Shown: one piece after another, positions 59,701 to 64,000 of the stretch
Layout: each line of letters starts with the position of its first letter
How positions within the stretch are numbered: position 1 is the first letter of the stretch
NCBI GenBank assembly: GCA_965223665.1
Contig: OZ245011.1
Coordinates: 512,001-576,000, forward strand
DNA from: Nitrospinaceae bacterium
GTDB taxonomy: Bacteria; Nitrospinota; Nitrospinia; Nitrospinales; Nitrospinaceae
DNA: 64,000 bases
Reading direction: 5' to 3'
Program-made: the position numbers and the translations under genes
The notes under the pieces: generated by a model
Seen by the model: only the letters and a program-made list of their open reading frames with translations
Databases searched by the model: none
What the model was told of the DNA's origin: nothing

Positions 59701-59839
59701 TCTCGATTATCTTGGAGACAGCTCTAAATCAGTTAGGTTAGCCAATTGCATTTGGACACACATTATGGAAGTTGTGGAAACCAAACCTATGAAAAGACAA
59801 ACTCAACTCCCTCAGTATTGTAATAAGAAAAATTTATAA
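56780..59839 (+). CDS. Penicillin-binding protein, transpeptidase domain (class B-like), with large N-terminal region
   Basis: N-terminal TM, INLTLDPLLQ, AVMDIKSGDLLALASFP, SITK (SxxK), SSN (SxN) and KTG. Confidence 0.9.
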   Translation: MAYSSDEKLNISFLKRWSVHLAGLLVIFLLFNLLVSIGNKIFKFAASDESTRSYNPTEYNKLVNHLIEDEKIWLLKNQLGRDDQYRIAYFQCKHCDKKNISILHEILEAQNRKQIKILATELTDSHFKKRLQAYYKPFNKEKIKKAVRQYLKNKENSSEWNENFQRLILKKDINDFNNGTTGLFKISDGELKAIEPKSHSIPKPTRVINRWKGDLLFRPEKNSFIELNDHRIVLIPPSGNEVPKCLPLSLKNLPRTANCIIFKNIVKIDYGKCLDTEKQNSFYIINQSEDHVLKRKKSKNETKDIEYLGNTCTVFNIDRKMEFTLVKKNQNKEIINIKYYPNGKGEKINIIQNQNGREKRVQLNDSFPMNKNIATVIDELIKTGIISQDDLTIEKISGTEHPNINLTLDPLLQEKLQKELSHYALNTKIISERPFKGSIAVMDIKSGDLLALASFPDPATMDTYKNTLKWRQNHKLELYENNQNFEPHFIGSITKPLLAATILNKIPDLVTLRIGDYGKLSSAEKIPKDKKNKFYPSKDFLGFRLSKGITDSSFHFYNVSKRGECDRGRFPIGFLEFLKYSSNRYMFNLFFLAVAHQLQGNHLSLVTTNRPLECGIVKLKNETIEYQPQFSPFFDTSYKNPIVNWNQLKWLDASIRENFTIFPSKDRRDGEKDAKLSNTQKQNLKIKMLKMETDYSHWFSLIKEGLWSNYVLRQFKGISYPKVHWKLHSNHHNRLNDLRDILLGAGENKWSNIALAEMFATLVTGKKINSNLIFSSNENHDDNSFDEFKLQPAIREKILQGLSLVIMPDGRHRFGNHGGGTANLLFNEFFKTNFPMQNVNRAISNFGNLEYRKLIRRQLNMMSRATYKFYGKTGTFNIKSRKRGKTPPSGGAFIFAIVKLKNQKKSVSKPINKLNASILEKATEVYDKTRQLAKDLLKKAEDLVKENNSIYKQGNSKLKMSYNNIDRGVVVAIHLDYLGDSSKSVRLANCIWTHIMEVVETKPMKRQTQLPQYCNKKNL

Positions 59840-60417
59840 AAACTATTTTTCAAAGCAAAGTGTGAAATTTTAAAAATTACAAAATTTTTGTCTTTTTTAA
59901 ATATATAAATGATATTAAAATTAAGTTTAAAAATAAATGCTTCTCCCTTAACTTCTTTGATTTACCTAGTTTTATTTCCATTCATATATTTCAAAAATCA
60001 AAAAATCTTTCAAGTTCGTATGATTACTCAATACAGTTTTTCTAGCGATACAATATCCAATTTGCGTTACAAAAGTGAAAAGTATGGGGAATTACAAGTT
60101 TCACGAAATTTTTTTGACCGAATTCCAATAACCAATTAACTTTTCCTGTTTGAACATCCCGCAGCATGGTGATCAGGCATTTACCTCGGTCGGTTCCTTA
60201 CGTTCACCAAAATCCAAATTTCAACTTAGAGTTTTATAGTTTTTCCTCCCTTTTGCTCTCTAATTACCCATTCTTACCACTCTCTTTTACTCCCCAAAGT
60301 TCTTAAGGAAAAAATACTCAAAAACTGAAATTTTATTAAATTTTTGTCTTGACTTTGTTTGAATTTCGTGGAAAATCACCAAAAATTACTCATTTTGAGT
60401 TTTTTTGGAGGTTTTTT

Positions 60418-61320
60418 GTGGAAGATTTAAGATCGAGACTCAAGAAGCTGATAGATATATTCACTTATGGGAACGCCAAAAAATTCGCCCATGATGCAGA
60501 AATCCCTTATTCCACTCTTAAGCAATACCTAAATTGCGAACGTACTAAATTCCCCTACGAACATTTATACGAAATTGATGAAAAACTAAATTTTTCGATG
60601 AGGTGGCTATTAAAAGGTAACAAAGAAAATAATGGCTCCCTTTATAGTGGTGGAACCTGCCCACTTTTTCCAACCTTAAGTTCTGAATCTGATTTGAATG
60701 GAGAACAAGTAAAAGAACGCTTAACTCATGTCCGAATGAGATGTTGTTTTACACCTGAAGAACTTGCAAAAAAAGTAGGAATTAATACTGAAAAAATTAA
60801 ACATTGGGAAAAAAAAGAAAACCCACCCGCTAACATGATTGAAAAATTATCAAAAGCTCTAAACATTAGCCCATACTTTTTAGCAATAAACCTTGGAAAG
60901 GTGACCCTGGGTTTCTCCGAGGGGTGTAAATTTATGAGCGATAAAGTTTTTAGGATAAGGGCAAAAGAGAATTTAACTACAAAGGAATTTGCTGATAAGC
61001 TCGGTAGGGATGAAAAAGAAATTAAAACATGGGAAGAAGAGAATTTATTTATTAAAATCGAGACCCTTAAAGATATAGCTTCAAAACTAAATAAACCCGA
61101 GGATTCCTTTCTTATTGAAAACGACCTTTTTGAAAAAAAAGATGACAACGACAAGGATATCATTGACCGCCTAGAAGTCCTTTCTGTTCCTGAGGAGAAG
61201 GTCTCTGTTAATGAATACTATGATGCTTTAAAAAGAGAAAACGAGAGTTTAAGAAATGAAAATAATGCTTTAAGAGAAATAATCAGACTTTTAAAAATTA
61301 AATACATGCCCAGACTTTGA
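60418..61320 (+). CDS. XRE-family regulator with three HTH domains and a C-terminal coiled coil
   Basis: Three HTH-like blocks (KKFAHDAEIPYSTLKQY, EELAKKVGINTEKIKHWE, KEFADKLGRDEKEIKTWE). GTG 60418 follows a GGAGG RBS. Confidence 0.85.
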   Translation: MEDLRSRLKKLIDIFTYGNAKKFAHDAEIPYSTLKQYLNCERTKFPYEHLYEIDEKLNFSMRWLLKGNKENNGSLYSGGTCPLFPTLSSESDLNGEQVKERLTHVRMRCCFTPEELAKKVGINTEKIKHWEKKENPPANMIEKLSKALNISPYFLAINLGKVTLGFSEGCKFMSDKVFRIRAKENLTTKEFADKLGRDEKEIKTWEEENLFIKIETLKDIASKLNKPEDSFLIENDLFEKKDDNDKDIIDRLEVLSVPEEKVSVNEYYDALKRENESLRNENNALREIIRLLKIKYMPRL

Positions 61321-61330
61321 AAATTTCAGT

Positions 61331-62320
61331 GTGGAGGGAAGGTTTTTGAAAAAATCAAAATTAGCAATATATATTTCCTGCCTATTTAGTGCGCTAATTG
61401 TATTATATAAAAGCAATTTTTTTTCCTTAACTTTTAAAGCAAATTTAAGCCCCATCCATATTTCTACTCAAATCCATAAACCAAAAAATGAATCTGGAAA
61501 GATAAAAATACTTTATGGTTTAAATTTTAGTCCTTATATTTTAAAAAATGAAAATCCCACCTGGTCTTGCTGTTGGAAAATCACTCAAGAAAAACTTCAA
61601 ACCCGAATGGAAATTATTCAACCATACGTTTCTTGGATTCGTACCTTTTCCACAATCCATGGTCTGGAAAAGACAGGGTCAATTGCGCATAACCTAGGAA
61701 TAAAAGTTGCTGTAGGTGCTTGGATAAATGAGGATAGCATCGCAAATCAGGTTCAAATTCAAAATTTAATTAAACTTTCTAATGAAGGTTACGTCGACAT
61801 AGCAATTGTTGGAAGTGAAGTTCTTCTGCGGAAAGATTTAAAGCCAAAACAATTGCTCGAATACATCCGACAAGTAAAAGGGGCTATTCCTAAAGGAATC
61901 CCGGTGACCACCGCAGATGTTTACAGCGTTTTCTTTGATCATCCAGAAATCCTGGAAGAGATAGATATTATTTTTGCAAACTTTTATCCCTTTTGGGAAG
62001 GGGTTCCGATCCAAGAAGCTTTAAATCGGTTTAAAAAAAGCTATGAGTTTCTAAAGAGTATAACTTCGGGAAAAGAAATAATTGTTTCTGAAACAGGTTG
62101 GCCTAGCCAAGGTGAAGCTGTAGGCAAAGCCTTCCCTTCACCGGAAAACGCTGCTACTTATTTCAAAGAATTTATTTCTTTTGCTCATACCAATGGTTTG
62201 AAATATTTTTACTTTGAAGCGTTTGACGAACCTTGGAAAGCTCAATTTGAAGGTGATAGGGGAAGTCATTGGGGAATCATGAACTCTAAGATGCAATTTA
62301 AACATCCTGAAAATTTTTGA
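61331..62320 (+). CDS. Glycoside hydrolase family 17 (beta-1,3-glucanase/glucanosyltransferase)
   Basis: IVGSEVLLR, NFYPFWE, SETGWPS, FEAFDEPWK and HWG; N-terminal anchor. Confidence 0.9.
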   Translation: MEGRFLKKSKLAIYISCLFSALIVLYKSNFFSLTFKANLSPIHISTQIHKPKNESGKIKILYGLNFSPYILKNENPTWSCCWKITQEKLQTRMEIIQPYVSWIRTFSTIHGLEKTGSIAHNLGIKVAVGAWINEDSIANQVQIQNLIKLSNEGYVDIAIVGSEVLLRKDLKPKQLLEYIRQVKGAIPKGIPVTTADVYSVFFDHPEILEEIDIIFANFYPFWEGVPIQEALNRFKKSYEFLKSITSGKEIIVSETGWPSQGEAVGKAFPSPENAATYFKEFISFAHTNGLKYFYFEAFDEPWKAQFEGDRGSHWGIMNSKMQFKHPENF

Positions 62321-62352
62321 AATTAATTTTAAAAATATGGGAGGTGATCAAA

Positions 62353-63273
62353 ATGGTAAAATGCAAAAATAACTTAGTTGTATTTTCGTTTTTATTGGCA
62401 ACGTTTTGTTTTATTGTGTTTGCCAAATCTTCAGATGCTTTAGAAGAAAAAATTATAGAACCGACTCAATTGCCAAAGGAGCATGGTTATTTGCTAGTTA
62501 AGCCTCTTTTTGAAGGTTGTAACGATGATGTAGCGATTGAAAGAAAAAACAACAAAGAGGGAAACACAAGCACTACGCTGGGGGAAAAAATTAAACTTGT
62601 CCCGGGTAGTTATAAAATAACAGTAAATATATTGAGAGAAAAAATAATTAAAGATAATGTTTTGATAAATAGCGGAGAAACAACCATTTTAAAAATATCT
62701 GAATTAGGTGGATTTGTAATGAAAAACTCAGAAAATAGTTTTATTCCGCCTTTCCGCGTTTTCTTTGATAACAGTGAACTGGATAAAACATTTTTCCCTG
62801 GGGATACTTATTGTTTTGTTAGTCTGGGAAAATATCAAATTAAATATACAGGGGGGGTGCGCCATAAAACCACTCGGTTGGAATACGGTTATTACTGCGA
62901 TATTTTCTCAAATTATTTAATTACATCGGCATCAACAAGGAAAAAACTAGAACATGATTTTAAAGTTGAGCCTGGACAGGTTACCATCATAGACCCTGAT
63001 AAAACAAATCTCCAATTTGGGCAAATCAAGGTGCTCCATTACGATTCAAAAAACATAAATTTAGGTGGAGTTAGTTTAGAATTTGAAGAAATGACCTCAA
63101 ATGAGAAATTTGAGCATTATGGGTCTTTGGGCAGTAAATATGAAATTGTGCCAGGGAAATATAAAGTTCGGATTCATGAGCAACCTTACACTGGTACAAT
63201 TTATGATTTAGAAATAAAGCCCGGGGAAGTGGTAACTTTAAAATTGCCAAAAATAGACGAGCCTTCAGAATAG
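62353..63273 (+). CDS. Secreted hypothetical protein with repeated PEGA-like beta-sandwich units
   Basis: Signal peptide; repeated LVPGSYKI / LGKYQI / IVPGKYKV and xxxPG(E/Q)V motifs; GGAGGTG RBS before ATG 62353. Confidence 0.7.
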   Translation: MVKCKNNLVVFSFLLATFCFIVFAKSSDALEEKIIEPTQLPKEHGYLLVKPLFEGCNDDVAIERKNNKEGNTSTTLGEKIKLVPGSYKITVNILREKIIKDNVLINSGETTILKISELGGFVMKNSENSFIPPFRVFFDNSELDKTFFPGDTYCFVSLGKYQIKYTGGVRHKTTRLEYGYYCDIFSNYLITSASTRKKLEHDFKVEPGQVTIIDPDKTNLQFGQIKVLHYDSKNINLGGVSLEFEEMTSNEKFEHYGSLGSKYEIVPGKYKVRIHEQPYTGTIYDLEIKPGEVVTLKLPKIDEPSE

Positions 63274-63318
63274 CTAATTTAGTTTTCTAGAAAGTAAAAA
63301 TGTATATGAGGTACCGAA

Positions 63319-64000
63319 ATGACAATTCTAAAATGTTTATCCGTAAATAATACTCGATTAAAATTTTACACTTTAATCTGTTTAATTATTTTTTCTTGTT
63401 CCAAATCTTATGCTTTTGATGCTAGGGTTTTAGATATTAATGGAGCAGAATCAAAACTTGAATTTGGGTCGCATCATCAAATTCGAAATTCAATTCGATT
63501 TTCTTTTGGAGGAGGAGTCTTGAGTATTCCTTTTGAAAAAATTAAGAAAATCGAGGTTTTGGATAACAAAACTAAAAATAAAGATTTCAACTTAAAAGTT
63601 AGAATTGATTTATGGAGTGGTTTTTCTCTAAATGCACAAACAATTGATTTTAACTTTCAGGGTATTTTGTCTTCTGGAATCAATTACTCCATACCTTTTT
63701 ATAAAATTAGCACGATTGCTTATTTTAGGCCCAAAAAAACAGAGATGAAAATAAAAAGGAGTGTTTTTAAAAACAATCCCAGAAAGATGAAAATTAAAGC
63801 AAAAAATAGTGAGCAGACTGTGGAGGTGAAAGACTCTCGTTCAATTTGGAAGGAAAATTCATGTTTTATTTCAAATTCCTTTGAAACTCATAGGGAGCTA
63901 GATTTTTTTACCATGCGTTCTGGTTTAGCTGAGCTTAAGATACCTTTAAATAAAGTAAAACTCATAAAATCCATAAATAGTGATAAAGCAAACCATCTTT
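63319..64000 (+). CDS. Secreted hypothetical protein, truncated by the window end (absent from ORF track)
   Basis: ATG 63319 after GAGG; MTILKCLSVNNTRLKFYTLICLIIFSCSKSYAFD... stays open to the end, with repeated IP(F/L)xK(I/V) motifs. Confidence 0.8.
   Translation, partial: MTILKCLSVNNTRLKFYTLICLIIFSCSKSYAFDARVLDINGAESKLEFGSHHQIRNSIRFSFGGGVLSIPFEKIKKIEVLDNKTKNKDFNLKVRIDLWSGFSLNAQTIDFNFQGILSSGINYSIPFYKISTIAYFRPKKTEMKIKRSVFKNNPRKMKIKAKNSEQTVEVKDSRSIWKENSCFISNSFETHRELDFFTMRSGLAELKIPLNKVKLIKSINSDKANHL

Larger units (their letters stand above)
37132..64000. mobile_element. tRNA-Pro-integrated genomic island with a phage-satellite-like core (right end outside window)
   Basis: tRNA fragment, integrase, AlpA, rep-like gene, cos-like site and terS, followed by co-oriented accessory genes. 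No second att copy was seen in the window. Confidence 0.85.

Noticed and set aside
59909-60139. 76-aa ORF, or a divergent cro-like gene, between the PBP and XRE genes
   Set aside because: No RBS or recognisable motif; minus-strand frames gave only short peptides that I could not assign.
60349-60417. N-terminal extension of the XRE regulator
   Set aside because: The TTG is part of a -35-like TTGACT, and a GGAGG RBS precedes GTG 60418.

Overview
AT-rich bacterial chromosome segment with two clear halves. The taxonomy is inferred, not shown: a cytochrome bd-like oxidase followed by membrane-anchored cytochromes c, plus sorAB-like genes, suggests a nitrite oxidiser such as Nitrospinota. Bases 1-37.1 kb are core or housekeeping-type DNA: two tandem paralogous cytochrome c genes, a bd-like oxidase subunit with a long acidic tract, rlmN, rdgB, acs, a sulfite dehydrogenase plus cytochrome c, fur, hisS, fbp, O-antigen ligase and GT2, an RND/MFP/TolC set, a QueC-like protein, DUF1611, a nitroreductase and an aldehyde dehydrogenase. 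From 37.13 kb to beyond the window end lies an integrated element. It begins at a 3' fragment of tRNA-Pro(CGG) (att site) and has a minimal phage-satellite-like core: P4-like tyrosine integrase, hypothetical gene, AlpA, HTH replication-like protein, cos-like sequence and P27-type small terminase, with no large terminase or capsid gene in the window. An IS3 left-end relic follows. The main cargo is a 17.5 kb six-gene operon (42347-59839): GrpE-like protein, Hsp70-like ATPase, membrane-spanning vWA-like/Hsp70-like fusion, membrane-anchored GrpE-like protein, enlarged SEDS (FtsW/RodA-like) glycosyltransferase, and a penicillin-binding transpeptidase with intact SxxK/SxN/KTG motifs. This chaperone-ATPase plus peptidoglycan-synthase module is the best candidate here for an uncharacterised system. 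A triple-HTH XRE regulator, a GH17 glucanase and secreted proteins follow. All family calls come from motif recognition by eye; no searches were run.
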